Assembly: GCA_026770705.1 (NCBI GenBank)
Contig: JANJGN010000002.1
Coordinates: 220,658,001-220,722,000 of the forward strand
Source: Isurus oxyrinchus
Lineage: Eukaryota
Direction of reading: 5' to 3'
Length of the DNA: 64,000 bases
Shown here: positions 24,411 to 39,400 of the stretch, in pieces
Numbering within the stretch: the stretch's first letter is position 1
How the letters are laid out: the number at the start of each line of letters is the position of its first letter
Notes under the pieces: generated by a model
Databases searched by the model: none
The model's input: only the letters and a program-made list of their open reading frames with translations
What the model was told of the DNA's origin: nothing
Made by a program: the position numbers and the translations under genes

Positions 24411-27400
24411 CTGAAAAAACAATTCGATCCTGGTTAAATGTAACTGACCTGAATACATATGGACAAAGGAGCATACATATGAGTAAACATACAAACATAG
24501 CATTAGTAGCAGGATTAGGCCACTCACCCCTTTGAGCTTGCTATGCCATTCAATAAGATCATGGATGATCTGATTGGAACCTCAACTCCACATTCTTGCC
24601 CACCCCAGATAACTGTTCACCCTCTTGCTTATCAAGAATCTATCTAGTTCTGCCTTAAAAATATTCAAAGACTCTGCTTCCACCGCCTTTTCAGGAAGAG
24701 AGTTCCAAAGACTCTCAATCCTCTGAGAGAAAAAAATTCTCCTCATCTCTGACATAAATGGGTGGCTCCTTATTTTTAAACAGTGGCCTCAATACCAGAT
24801 TCTCCCATAAGAAAAACATCTTTTCCACATCCACCCTGTCGAGACCCCTCAGGATCTAATATGAATCACTGTACATTTTTAAGCAACATTACAGTAGAAG
24901 CAAAATGTCCAGGTTAACCTGCATTGGGATGTACATCGCAGCTATTTAATCTGTTGAAAGAGGTCATAAATCACCAATAAGACCTTGGCATTCCTCATTA
25001 ACCAAAGGAAATTGAATGAGAACTCTGAATATAATTCAACAAAAACAGTTACACTCTGCAATCCTTTTCATTTTTATTTCATAGGTGTCATTCCAAAGTT
25101 TCTAATAGAATGGAATGCAGATTCCTTGAAGCGTTTGATTTATAGCTGCACTTACTTATAACCTTCACTCTTTTCTTAACCACATATTTATCTAGCTCCC
25201 TATAATTGAGTTTAGCAAAAATAGCATTAGTTTTTCTTCTCACAAAGGTCTACTATGGAGGAAAGGAGGAAATCTATCAACTGAGGCTCAGTTGGTTGCA
25301 CTCTTGCCTCTGGGTCAGAAGGTTGAGAGTTCAGTTCACACTCATTAGCACAAAATCTAGGCTAACATTCCACTGCAGTACTGAGGGAAGGCTGCACTGT
25401 TGGGCATGTTGGCTTTTGATGAGACGTAAAGCCGAAGCCCCCTCTGCTCTCCCACGTGGACTTAGAAAGATTATTTGGTGCTATCTTGAAGAAGAGCAGA
25501 GTTCTCCCTCCCAATACTCATCCTTCAACCAATGTCACAAAAATAGATTATCTGCTCATTTCCCTCTTTGTTGTGGGATCTTGCTGTGTGCAAATTGTCT
25601 ATCATGCTTCCTACCTAACATTACAACAGTCACCACAGTTCAGAAGTACTTAACTGGCTGTAAAGAACTTTGGGGCATCCTGAGATTGTGAAAGATACTA
25701 TGTAAATCAAATATTTATTTCCTTTTCTCTACTTTCACGTGTGGCTTCCATCCTATGTTTGTGGCTACAAACATAGTCAATAAATCATTTACATCCTCAT
25801 TATTGCCTGTCCGTATTAAAAAGATGAAGATCATATTCCCCCTTGGGTTTCTTCAAATTGTCAAGTGCAAGTACCGCCTGACTTCTAATCGTTATAAAAT
25901 CATAGAATGGAATTCGGCCCATCAAGTCTGTGCTGGCTCTTTCAAAAAGCTAGCAGTTGGCCCTACTCCCCTGTGCCTTCCTCATATTCCCGCAATTCTT
26001 TTCTCTTTTTATTATTTATCCAATTTCCTTTTGAAGGCTCCCTTCCAAACAGCGAATTCCAATTTCTAACCATCCATCGAGTAAAAAAATTTTCCTCAGG
26101 TTGTCTCTGGTTGCAACGTTGAGTTTGTGTAAAAGGAACTATACCTTCTATTTAACTTCTGCTATGCCTGATGTACTGTTCCTTTCTTAGGTCCCGAGAT
26201 CCCCATTTAATCACTAAATATAACTGTATTCCTTCCTGCTCCAGCCACTTTTATAATCTATTAAAGATACTGCTAACTCATGATATAAATTCATGCATAT
26301 TTATTACATGGGTCATTTGATTTTAGGGGCATACATGTATAGTTTTCACCACCATTAACAGGCTGGGAGACACATATATCCTTCCCTTGTTGAGACTGAG
26401 AGCAATGCAATGCTGAATCCTAATCCTTGAGCTCCATGAGATCCTGAATCAAGTTGTGTGTAGCATGAAGTTTTACAATAACATGGTTTGGCACTAACTC
26501 AATTGTTTCAATGTGGGGCTCATTCTGACATGTCCCAGCATGGAAGCTCAACTATCTTCAGAAATCCAGTTTAGGGCTTCAACTCCATTTTTCCACCCGC
26601 TCCCCATATCCCTGGATTCCTTGAGGGACCAAAAATCTGTCTTTCCCAGTTTAAATGTATTCCACGACGAAGCATCCACAATCCTCTGGGATAGAGGACT
26701 CCAAAGATTCGACCCCTTTGAGTGAAGAAATGTCTTCTCATCTGAGTCCTAAATGATCAGCTTCTTACCCCGAGACTGTGTCCCCTTGTTTTAGATTCCC
26801 CGTTCAGTGGAAACAATCTCTCAGCATAGTGAACACATCTGGGTCGATAATGCAGTCTCAGCATAGGGGTGCTACATAGCCCTTGTGCCCAAATGGACTG
26901 ACTTCACACAAAATCATAAGGGCAGCTCATTTTGAAATTCAAAAGCTTCTCTCAGCGCGTTGTTCGTGATGTGCTGCAAGAGCCAGCAGGAACAGAAATT
27001 CCTGTGTCAGAACTACAAAAGCGATTGTTCAAGTCTCCGAGCTAAAGATCCTTATTGAAGGCTAGAGCAATCAGAGAATATTGCACTTGAACTAAGTTAA
27101 CTTTTGCCATTGAACATTTCAATAGTTGATTGATTGGCCCTATGGTAAAAAAATTACAACGTTTTCATCTCTCTCTGCCTCACTGTGCCCTTTGCAATGG
27201 ATGTTGTATGGCAGAAGCAACATTTCAACTGCACTATAGGGTTTGGAGTTCAGATCTGTATTAAACCTGGTGCACAGCTTGGGCTGTATTTAATAGCCAT
27301 GACAATGATGGTGTCCACCAACTGGAGAGCCAATGGCAACTCCGCCACTGTGATTCCCAGAGCCCTGATGGAATTAAATTCCGACCAGGTACTTTATCTC

Positions 27401-30400
27401 CCTGCTGACAGGGTTGCTGGGGCCTTCGGGGTGAGGAATCTGCCTCCAAGAGGTGTTGGCCAATCAGATGGCTGACAGCTTTTCAGTCCCAGCAGCACCA
27501 GTAGAAGTGGTGGCTGCTGCTGGGATTACAGGGGGCCATGGATCAGAAGCAACCATGAAAGCGCAGGAGGAGAGGCTAAGTGGGGCAGCTTTGCCGAGGC
27601 CAGTAAAGGTCACTGCGGACTGCAGGTTGGAGTCTTCCCACAGGTGCGGCCTTTGCCACTGGCACAGCCCACCATTGGGCACAGGATGCCCAAAGAAGAA
27701 GGCCCCCCACCCTGCAGGCCTTTCCCACCCCTGCCTTAATCGGTGGGGTGGGGTGTGGGACGGAGGTTGGGGGTCACAATCTGTAGCTCACTATTGGCTA
27801 CGTGGCAGTTGATATTAGGCATTTCTTATACAGGGTTATGACTTTTGATTTAGGAAGAGTACTACAGCACGTTTTATATAGACTGTTGGTTAAGTATATA
27901 AAAGATGAGGAAATCAGTAACATGAGCACACTTCACCATCATTATTAGGGTCCCCTGCAAAGAAGCATATGTGGGCTTGCAATAGTTTCAGAAAAATAAA
28001 ACCCAACTGTTGTGAAAGCATTTCAAAATGGTTAGGAGAGGCATTTAAACCACTTCCTGGATAATGGCTTACTGAAGCCAAAGTTAATAGTCCATTATGC
28101 AGGGCATCTAGACACAGTGCAACCTGTGATGGACAGTAAATCAAATGGAACTTGATTGCTGGCGTCACAATACATTCCAGTGATGTAATTAAACTGCTTC
28201 AGCTCCTGGTGCTGTGGAAAGCACCCTGTCTGCATTACAAAGTAATTTCCCCGTAATCTCCCCCCACCTCACCTCTGTCACAGCCCACCCATTACTGAAA
28301 CCCTCTTCCATGCGTTTGTTACCTCCGTGCTTAACTATTCCAATGTCCCATGGGCTGGCTTCCTGAATTTCCTCCCTCCTTAAACTTGGGCACATCCAAA
28401 ACTCTGCTGCCTGTCTCCCAACTCGCGCCAAGTCCCATTCCCCCGTCACCCCCGTGCTCACTGACCTACACTGGTTCCTGACCCAGCAATATCACAAATT
28501 TAAAATTCTCACGGTTGTTTTCAAATCCCTTCATGGCGTCACATCTCCCTATCTCTGTAGCCTCCTCCTACCCTACAACTCTCTGAGATCCCTGGCCTCC
28601 TTGTATTCTTGATTTCCATCGCTTCACCATTGCTGCTTGGGCCTTCTGTTCTGGAATTGCCTTTTTAAACCTCCTGTTTCTTCACCTTTTTCTTCTCCTT
28701 TGAGATACTACAAACATATGAAATTGGAGAAGGGGTAGGCCATTTGACCCTTTGAGCCTGCTCCACTATTCAATAAGATCATGGTTGATCCGATTGTGGC
28801 CTCAACTCCACATTCCCTCCTGTCCCTGATAATCTTGACTCCCTTGTTAGCCAACTGCCTCTGCCTTAAATATATTCAATGGCCCTGCCTCCACCACTCT
28901 CTGGGGAAGAGAGTTCCAAAGACACACGATCCTCTGACAGAAGAAAAAATTTCCTCCCTCTGTCTTAAATGGGAGACCCTTATTTTTAGCCTGTGTCCCC
29001 TAGTTCTACCTCTTTGAGTTGTCCTAATATTTCCTTGTGTGGCTTGGCGTCAATTTTTTCCTGATAAATCAACTTCCCTGGGAAATGACTTGGGATGTTT
29101 TTTCTACATTAAATGTGCTACGTGAATGGAAACTGCTGTTGTTTCTGCAGCAAAAGATTCCCATGTAAACAACTGTACATATGCAAGAGTGCACAAGCAC
29201 AGTTGTTTTGAAGACGCAAACAATGCAGATTGACTGGGAACCATTACAGTCACCATACCAGCCAAAGGGAGAGCAGCCTGTTTAGGTGCGCTATATGGGA
29301 TGCGTAGGAGCTCCAAACACTCAGATGTGGGCAACTACATGGGGCATCTGCTTTCACTGAAAAGGCTCCATGTTGCTAGCAGTGGTGCTGCCCACGGTTG
29401 TCAGTATGGAACAGTGCCAGCTCAGTCAGTGGTGTACATGCCTCTGACAGCATGGGTGGAATTTAATGCCCTCCCCTGTGGTAAGTTTGATGGCGTGGCA
29501 TTTATTCAGGTGGGGGTGGGGGGGGGGGTGGTGTCGGTGGGTAAGAATCCTGCTGCCATCTTGCCTCCATCCCGATTAAGTCCGTGGCAGGAAGGCCCAT
29601 GGATGGGCTTCCAATCCTGCTGTCAACTGGGCCCTTTAACACTCCGTGATACAAAGAACTTGCATGCAGTGTTGCTTTAGAATTGCTTGGAAAATGCTTA
29701 GTTCCTCTGAGGAAAGATCTGACCCATTCCCCTCAATAAAGCATTAACAAAGGCTGGGATCAGGCAGGATCGTAAGGTCAATGGACTCTGGCTAATTTCC
29801 GAATTTTCCATTCCACCCACGACAACTCCTGCCATGGTCGGGACCAGAAAATCTTGGCCAAAGTCCAGAATATTAGCAACCATCTTATGTCGCTGTGAAG
29901 TGCCTTGAGATGTTTGCGTTGAAGGTACTGTATAAATGCACTTTATCATTGTCCATATCACAAATGTCACTGTGGTCAACAAACATACGTGGGGATGCAA
30001 ATTCCACCATCGGTATCACACATGATCTGAAACCTTGGGGATGCTAGTTCACTGAGCATCATGATTATTCTCTGATTGGTCCAGTCGTGACCATTGTAAT
30101 TATTTCCCATAAGTGGGAAAAAGACAGAATGATCACTGTGCTCAGTGAAGTACACTGTACAAAGCACTAGTTTGAATTGGTTTTCCTTCCTGAGATAGAC
30201 ACATATGTGTCTAGTTCTATTGACTTGTAACGGAAGGACACATGCCTGCTACAGTGATGGAATGATAGAAGAGTCCGTGATTGCAATACATAGGCAACAA
30301 AATCAGAAGTGTTATGGCTGATTGGTTAGTTTCAAGGTTTATCACATCAAAATCTATGGCCATTTGTATTTAAACAAAGGGTAAATCATTCAAAGGGGAA

Positions 30401-33400
30401 GTCATGATTACATTAAAAAAAAACAGGGCTTATCTTACAACAGTGCACAAGATGGAGCAGGAATATACTTTCTGCCCAGTTTTGAATTTTATGCAAATAT
30501 ATACTTTGTGGTTGTCTTTTGGAATTGTGGCTGTTGGACAGGTTATTTTCAATTAGTTTGTTTTAAGGCTAACATTTAAGCTGCTGGTAATGCCAGACTT
30601 CCCATGATTATAAGACACTTGTTAGACCTCAGCTGGAGTATTGTGTACAGTTCTGGGCACAACACCAAATGAATGATGTGAACACATTGGAGAAAGTGCA
30701 GAAGAGGTTTACAAGAATGGTTCCAGGGATGAGAAACTTCAATAACGAAGATAGATTGGAAAGATTGGGACTGTTCTCCTTGGAGAGAAGGCGGCTAAGA
30801 GGAGATTTGATAAAGATGTTCAAAATCATGAGGGGGCTGGACAGAGTAGATAGGGAGAAGCTGTTCCCACTCGTAAAAGGATCAAGAACGAGAGAGTGCA
30901 GATGTAAAGTGATTTTCAAAACAAGCAAATGTGACATGAGAAAGAACTTTTTCACACAAGTGGCTCGGGTCTGGAATGCACTGCCTGGAAGTGTGGTGGA
31001 GGCAGGTTCAATCGAGGCATTCAAGAGGGCTATGGATGATTATTTGAATAGAAACAATGTGCAGGGGTATGGGGAAAAGGCAGGGCAATGGCACTAGGTC
31101 ACAATGCTCATTTGGAGAGCTGGTGCAGACACGATGGGCAGAATGATTCTGTGCCTCTCTTTTTTAAAGCCATTGGTTCATAAAGAGAAACCTGCTCTAA
31201 TATAAGAAAGAAAATAGTGCCTTTCACAGCCTCGGATTGTGCCACACATTTCACAGCCAATGAAGTAATTTAGAAGTGTAAAAGCAAAATACTGTGGATG
31301 CTGGAAATCTGAAATAAAAACAGAAAATGCTGGAAGAACTCAGCAGGTTCCGACAGCATCTGTGGAGAGAGAGACAGAGCCAATGCTTTCGAGTCTGTAT
31401 AACTCTTCTTCAGTACTCTGATAAAAATAGCCCCACAAAAAATGAGATGACACCGTGGCATCACATCCATTGTATAAATTTAACTTTTATAAATGCTAGC
31501 TTTCAGAAAGAAGTAACAGAATGAAATAATATGTAAAATAAGGAATCGTCTGTTGCACTGCCTTGTGGAATGGAATTGTTTGCTCCATAACTCCAACTAA
31601 ACATTGACATGCTGTGGTTATAAAAATCTGTCTTCCATTAAATTAACAAGATCCTAATGAAATAATCCAAGAGATTGATTTAGGATGACAGCAGTTTTAA
31701 TCACAACAGAATTTCCGAATGACAGTACACGCTCCCTGCTTCTAGTCCATTTACAGTGTAATCTTTTAATGATGCATGTAGTTAATCACATCGGAATTGC
31801 ACAAATTATAGGAATTAGAGGCTGGATTCAAGTGGTGGGACAAATTACCTATGAGAAATAATCTTTTTTTTATTCCTACCTGCATATCTTTATATAATAG
31901 AGCTGCAGTGACCCATCAAATATTAGCATGAATTTTTCTGACATTTGGTCCTTGTAACATGACCCAAAATGCCTTACTCCCAGGTGCAGGAGATCACGCA
32001 AGCAAAAAACTAGAGATATGGATGTCTGGGTCATGCCATTGTTGCTATGGTCTCCCACTAAGGCACAGACTTTGCCTTCTGCTTTTTGTCAAAATAGCAC
32101 CAATGGACCTTTCACAATTATCAGAGGAGTTGGATGGGATCTCAGTTTAAGGCCTAACCCTATGGACAGCATCTCTGACTCCCTCAGTGCTGCTCTCAAG
32201 TATTAATCAAGATTGTATCGACATGCTCAGGGAATGGGATTTGAAACCGCAGCTTTCTGATTCAGAGATGAGAGTGTGCGCTCTGAGCCACGGCTGATAC
32301 ACCAAAGCATCCTCCACTGGGTTATGTAGTCAGTATTAAATGGGAGAAATGTAGAGATTACATCATCATTTGGGTTTATCCTTAGTGAGGTTAGCAGAAA
32401 AGCATCAAATAAATGGATCATCAAGGAGATCAAGACAACTGCTAGGGAAACAAGGTCATGTGCCATTGTCTGGCAGCAACAAGCCTGATTCTGTATATGG
32501 TTAAAAATATGACAGCTCCATTTATAATGTTTGGATGGATTATTGAAAAGTAATCTCATATAGCAATTCAAAATGCTCAACTTCCTTCTCAGGTTTTAAT
32601 CTATTGTAGAGAGATCACTCTATGTATAACTTTTATAAATGCTAACTTTCAGAAAGAAGTAACAAACTGAAATAATCTGTAAAATAAGGAATCGTCTGTT
32701 GCACTGCCTTGTGGAATGGAATTGTTTGCTCCATAACTCCAACTAAACATTGACATGCTGTGGTTATAAAAATCTATCTTCCATTAAATTAACAAGATCC
32801 TAATGAAATAATCCAAGAGATTGATTTAGGATGACAGCTTTGTATAAAACAGGTAAACAATTCACCTTTGAAATGGAGCAGTCAAATGAGCTCCCCTTCC
32901 TCGGCGTGTTAGCTGAGAAATCTGCCTGTGGGTTCTCTCCTCCTGTCTACTGCAAGCCTACCTTCACTGGTCAATACACACATTGGGATTCTATGCGCTA
33001 GAGGATTGGCCTTGTCGGCAGCCTTGTAAATGGTGCCCCGAGTCATTTGCTCATTGTGCAAGCTTGATGCTGAAATAGGGCGCATCAAAGCCATCCTGCA
33101 GGATAATGGCTACCCCGATCGCATCATTGTTCGCTATATATCGCACAAACTTATGAATGGGCCTAAGGCTGCCACCTTCGGACCTGAGAAGTGCCCAGAC
33201 TATCTCAGATTACCCTGGAAGAGTAAGTTGTCACAAAAATTTGAGCAATGGGTGAAGCTAGCCGTTTCACGTTGCTACTATGTAGTGGCAACACGATTGG
33301 CATATTCTACTAACAGGATGCTGTCGTCAAGCCTAAAAGACATTCTGCGTATCACACAAATGAGTAATGTGCTGGTGTGATGCCAGGTTTTAGGTCATAT

Positions 33401-36400
33401 GTCTCAACGACTGGTGGATCACACAGCACATCCCTTCAGCTGTTCACAACAGGCAAAGCACAGACAGTACCCAATCTGCCCGTGCTTGCAAAACTGAAAA
33501 TAAGATGTCCAGCTTTGGATATGATTCCACAATTGGATAACACTAGTTGAACAATGCTGATTGTGCTAAAAATTACACTAACAACCAATTTAATATTATC
33601 AGTCAGGCTTGCAGTGTGGGTCACTTATACATGTTAGAAGCTACATATATTCACAAACAGGGTCCTGTTCTTTGCAGACAGAAGGAGCACGTCCACACAT
33701 TGTGCCTTTTTCAACTAAAACCAAGCTTGGGGGACAGCCATTCCCTGGTTCATTCCTCATGGCATTGCCTTGGCCAATCAGAGTCAACCTGCCTGGTTTG
33801 AATTTAAACAAAATCTGGGCAGTTAACTGTTCCATTGTGCATTCTCAATGGCAACGCCTCTACCAATCAGAATCCACTTGCCAATCAATCAGCATTCCCT
33901 TCTCATGCAGTATAAATTGTTGTTCCCTTTACAATTGATATTCTTGCAAATATGTCCTGACAAGTGCAAGATAAAAAACTTTGAGAGCATGTCCCTTTTC
34001 TCAGCCATACTCAAGTTCTGTACTACCAAATGACAATAGGTAATAAAAACATTTCGTACATTGACCTTCAAATAAGCAAAAACAACAACACCTTGTATTA
34101 TAGAGTGCTTTTAACATGCCCCACGACACTTCACAGGAGTGTTATCAAACAAACTTTGACACCGAGCCAGATAAGCAGATTATCAAAAGCTTGGTTGAAC
34201 GGTAGGTAAGGAAGTTTAAGGAAGTTCTTTGAGGAGGAGCGGGAGCGATAGAGGCAAAGGAATTCCAGAGCTTCAGCCCAAGATAGATGAAGGCACAGCT
34301 GCCATTGGCAGAGCGATTAAAATCGGGGATGCTCAAGAGACCAGGTTTGGAGAAGTGCAGAATTGGCGGGATGCAGGGTTGGAGGAAATCACAGCAAAAG
34401 GGGAGGGTGAGGAATTTGAAAACAAGGATGAGAATTTTTAAATTGCTACATTGTTCAGCCAGGAGCCAATGAAATTGAGCAAGCACGGGGGTGATAGATA
34501 TGAATTGGTGTGAGTTCGAATACAGACAGCAGAGTTTTGGATGAGCTTAAGTTTAGGGGGGGTGGGAGATGGGATTTGACAATGAGTGTGTTGGAATGAT
34601 CAAGTCTAGTGGTAACAAAAGCATGGATGTGGGTTTCGTGGTAGATGAGTTGAAGCAGGGGTAGAGTTGGGTGATGTTTTGGAGTTGGAAGTAGGCGGTC
34701 TTAGTGATGACATGGATATATGGTCAAGAGGTTGTGAACTGTCTGGTTCAGTTTCAGGCAGTTGCCAGGGGCAGCGAAGGATTGATGGGTGTGGAATGGA
34801 CCGAAGACAATGGTTTCAAAGGCAGCATGCTGCACTGATTAATACTTACAATTAGAAAGCAGGCACCCAGCATAACCGCTTTAATCTTAATATCTAGATC
34901 CATGGGGAACTGGATCCCAAAGTTATCCGCATCTGTGAAAGCTTCTCTCACAAATCCAGTCCACTGCTTTGTGATTTTGCCAACTGTTTCAGTTTCATCA
35001 AGGTTTGTAACCTGTAACAAGATAATAAATCCTGTAAATCTACTGGAGTTGGCATTTGGCATGTGACTGACCCCTTACATGGGCATTAGCTGTAGATTTT
35101 CCAAGTCCTAAATAGGAACTAGGAAATGACAGCAGGAATAGGCCATATGACCCCCCTGCTCTGCCACTCAATAAGATCATGGATGATCTTCTATCTATGC
35201 TAAATCTAGTTGAGTTGTGGGCTGGAATCTTCCGTTCTGGAATTTAAGTTCGGTGGCGTGGAAGTGGGAGTGATTTCTGCTTGGGGGCGGGATAGCTGAC
35301 CCACAGCAATCTTACGCTGTTCAGCTCATTAAATATGCATCCACCAGGAGCTCACTGATTCATGTGGCTGGGGCAGGCAGGAAACCACTGTCCCCACCAT
35401 TACCTCACAGGCTTGAAGGTTTGGGCGCCATATTTAAAAGGGTAACCGGACAGCCTGCACTATCCTGGTCTGGCTGTGCCGAGCCACTGGTCCGCCCTTC
35501 CCCACTAACCCTTCCTCCCTTCCTTGGCCATCTTCCATGCACCTTGGATTGCCACCCCCTCAGTCTCAAGCACAGGCTGGCATTTACAGACGCTCCCCAA
35601 AGAGGACAATGTAGCCTGCAACTCACCATTAATCATGAAGCCAAGATCACCAGGGACACGTCACTTATGTGCAATCGTAAAAGTGAATTCTCATTTCTCG
35701 TTGGCAGGGAACTTGATTTAAGGGGGGAAATTTAATTCTGGCAAGGTGGCCTTTTGATGTGCGTGCACGACATTCAAAAGGGGTTCCTAACATCGTTTGG
35801 CAGGAAGCTCCACTCACCTTTAACCCACTTTTAAAGCCCCAAGAGCTTAATTCCTAAAATTCATCCTGCCATTGGGAAACTGATTTTTATCCTCGAGCCA
35901 GGTGAAGTTCCCCCACCCACCAAGCTGGTGCTGGTGGGACCCAAAGATTCCAACCTTGTCACTATCACCGAAATCCACTCCCACTAATACCCCTTCCATT
36001 TAACCCAGATTCATTTTCTAAAACTATGTCCAAAAACAGACTGCAACAGGTGGAAGCCCAGGTAAGTCATTTAAAAGTACTTAAAAAAATAATTAAAAGG
36101 TTCCCTATGGGCCAGGTGGAGCAGGGCTACCCATATCTCCGCAAAACTGGATTACAACCTGCAAGCAGATCAGGAAACTGAAAAATGCATTCGGTTAAAA
36201 GGTAAAGTACCTTGAAGTCAATATCGCTGCAACAGTTGCAGACACAACAAGGGCCGATAATCTTCAAAACAGGCTCTTTCTTCTCGTTTTGAATGGTGAA
36301 TTTTGGCAGACATAGATCCCATGTTTGGATGACATATCCGACTGGCTGACCAGGTGGAGCCATCACTTCCATCTGTGAAGAAAATGTAGAATAGGAAATA

Positions 36401-39400
36401 CATAAACTCACACAATGGTCATTACGAACAACATGCAGCACCAGAGGAATTCTTTGATCAAAGTGAAGGGACTAGGGAAAGGACATTGATAGGGCTAGTC
36501 TAAAACAGCTAGTTTCAGCTTTGAGTGATATAACCTTATCTTTTTACCTATGAACAACAGAAGAGGAGAGGGGGGGAAGAGAGAAAGTGAGAGAGTGAGA
36601 GAAAGAGAGTGTGAGTTAGAGAGAATGATTTAAAAGTGAGAGAGACAGAAATAGACTGAGACAGAAGAACAGTGAGAGTTATAGCGAGAGAGAGAAACAA
36701 AGAGAGAAGGAGTGAGAGAGAGAGAAACAAAGAGAGAAGGAGAGAGAGAGAGAGAGAGAGAAACAAAGAAAGAAAGACAGAGAGACAAAGATAGAGAGAT
36801 ACACACAAAGCCAGGGAGACACATAGAACCAGAGAGAAACATAGCAAGAGAGAGAGAAAGAGAGGTGGAGCAAGGCAGAGAGAGAGAGGTAGACAGAGGG
36901 TGGAATTTAATACCAACTCCGTGGTTGGTTCGATGTTGGAGGGGGGGCGTTTAATGAGGTTGGATGGAGGTGCCTTCCTGCCTCCACCCTAATTAAGCCA
37001 ATGGTGGGAAGGCTATGGGCTTAGGGTTTAGCCTGGTTGAATAGATAGGCTTTGAGAAGAGTGAAACTGGGGCGGGGGGGGTGACACATAAGTGGGGTAA
37101 AGGATTTATGGATAAGTTGCAGAGGGAGAGACTAATGGCGGTTTAAAGCTTTGCTGCCAGCAATGGAAAAAAAAGAGAAACAAATGTGAATGAGACAGAA
37201 ACAGACACAGTTTCAAGAAAAGAAGACTTTTTATTTTAATTTTGTCTAGGAGCAACACCGTGTGAGATTAACTGGCTTGAAGATATTTGGCGATCTTACA
37301 AACTACCTCACATGTCACTAACCTCCTGCAAACAGCATGGACAGCAGCAGCCAGCACACCTCAGGGGCCGGTACAAGCTCATTACTTCTTGCCCCAAGTT
37401 GTCAATAATCTTCATGTCAAAGGAACGCATGTTCCCACAGCAATTCCGATTACAGAAGTCATTTTCTTCAGCAGCAAAGTAGACCAGTTGGCCAACGCTG
37501 TTCTTAATTTGATACTTGTTGTTGGTCTCAAATCCAGTTAAGACTAAAGCAAACAGAATGATGAAAATGTTGGTAAATTAGAGAAAAATATGCTGACTTC
37601 AAAGTATACTATCGTGCCAATGATAAAGATATAAGATGAGGAACAGAGGGCAAAACACAACCCAGGACAAAGCAAGCGAGAGGACAAGATGTCTCAAGTC
37701 ATGTTATGGTGACACCATTTCAACAGCTTGGAGATTTGAGCAAGATGAATGAAAGAGGGAAAGAGTTCATGATTCATCACTCTGTTATTAGGATGATTGC
37801 TGGGAAGAGATACTGCAGTTATGAGGAGAGACTTGAGATACCACAACCACTTCCACTAGAGCAGAAAGAGGAGCCACAAGGAGACTCTCAGTCAAGGTTT
37901 TTAAAATTAGGAAGGGTTTTTACAGGGTGGATAGGGAAAGACCTATTCCCCTGGCTGCAGAGTCAATGACCCAAGGTTGTTAATTTAAATATTGTGACTT
38001 TCACGTAAAGTTGCGAGAAATTTCTCTATGCATGGATTTGTTAAAGCATTAAAAGCTGAGCTGCAGGGACTAGCTGAGGAAGAGACCATTGAAGGGACAA
38101 GTAGATTTCAAGACTGTGGTGTTGCAGGGCATGATTTCAAAATTTGCAGATTATCTGAAGATTGGAAATGTTGTCAATTGTGATGGGGATAGTCTTGAAC
38201 TTCAAAAGGACATAGACATGTTGGTGGATTGGGCAGACAAGTGGCAGATGAAGTTCAATGTAGAGAACTGTGAGATGATTCATTTTGGCAGGGAAGATAT
38301 GGTGAGACAATACAAAATAAAAGCCTCTAAAGGAGATGCAGGAACAGAGGAACCTCAGTGCATATGTACATAGGCCATTGAAGATGGCAGGGCATGTTGA
38401 GAGACCAGTGAATAAAGCATGTAGTATCTTAGGCTTTATTAATAGGGGCATTGAGTACAAGAGCAAGGAGGTCATGTTGAATTTGTATAAGACACTAGTT
38501 AGGCTTCATCTGGAGAGGTTGGGACTGTTTTCCTTGGAGAAAAGGAGACTTGATAGAGGTATCCAAGTTCCTGAGGGGTACAGACAGGGTAAATAGTGAG
38601 AAACTGTTCCTACTGAAGATAACATCAAGAACTAGAGGGCAAAGATTCAAAATAATTGGCAAAAGGAGTAAATGTGATGTGAGGAAAAGTTTTTTCACCC
38701 AGAGAGTGGTTGGAGTCTGGAACAAACTTTCTGAAAAGGTGTGGGAGGCAGGTTTGAATGAGGTATTCAAAAGGGAATTAGATTGTTGTATGAAAAGAGA
38801 GAATGTGCAAGGTTACAGGGATAAGGCAGGGGAGTGGGATTAGATGGAAAGCTCTTTCAGAGAGCCAGTGCAGACTCGATGAGCTGAATGGCCTCCTTCT
38901 GCACTGTAAAGATTCTGTGAGACTGTAAAGATTGGCAAGAGGGGAATAATCTTATGAAGGGAAAGCAGGTCAGCAGGATTAGTTTTGGATAGCTCTAGAA
39001 AAGCACTGGAACAGACACAGTGAACCAACTGCTCTCATCTGATGCTGTAAACGTCAGTGTTTATGGAGCTCCTGTCTAAACACAGGATTAATAATTTAGA
39101 AGCAGCACTGGCATAAACAAAGTAGAATAAATGTTCCCAAGAGTGAAAAGGATATCCACAATGTATGGATTACATAGCAGTCTTCTGAAGGGATAACAAA
39201 GCCCAGGCACTAATGGGGAGCAGCCTAGAGTTATGAACCCTACCTCCTTATAGGGATTCAGCCTGAAAAGAAGTTTACTCGTTGGTGAGATTGTTTTCTG
39301 CTACTCCAAGTTTGCAACTATGCGTTCTGCCTTACACATTTGAAAGACAAACCCTGTCTAAGTATTAGAAATGGAAGCACTGCCCCATATATTCGAAGTA

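Noticed and set aside
34984-34998. ISRE-like gtttcagtttc (mammalian PLSCR1 is interferon-inducible)
   Set aside because: Lies inside a coding exon and is explained by the codons for DETET.
36548-36954. Leu/Ser-rich and Arg/Glu-rich ORFs
   Set aside because: Translations of a (GA)n microsatellite.
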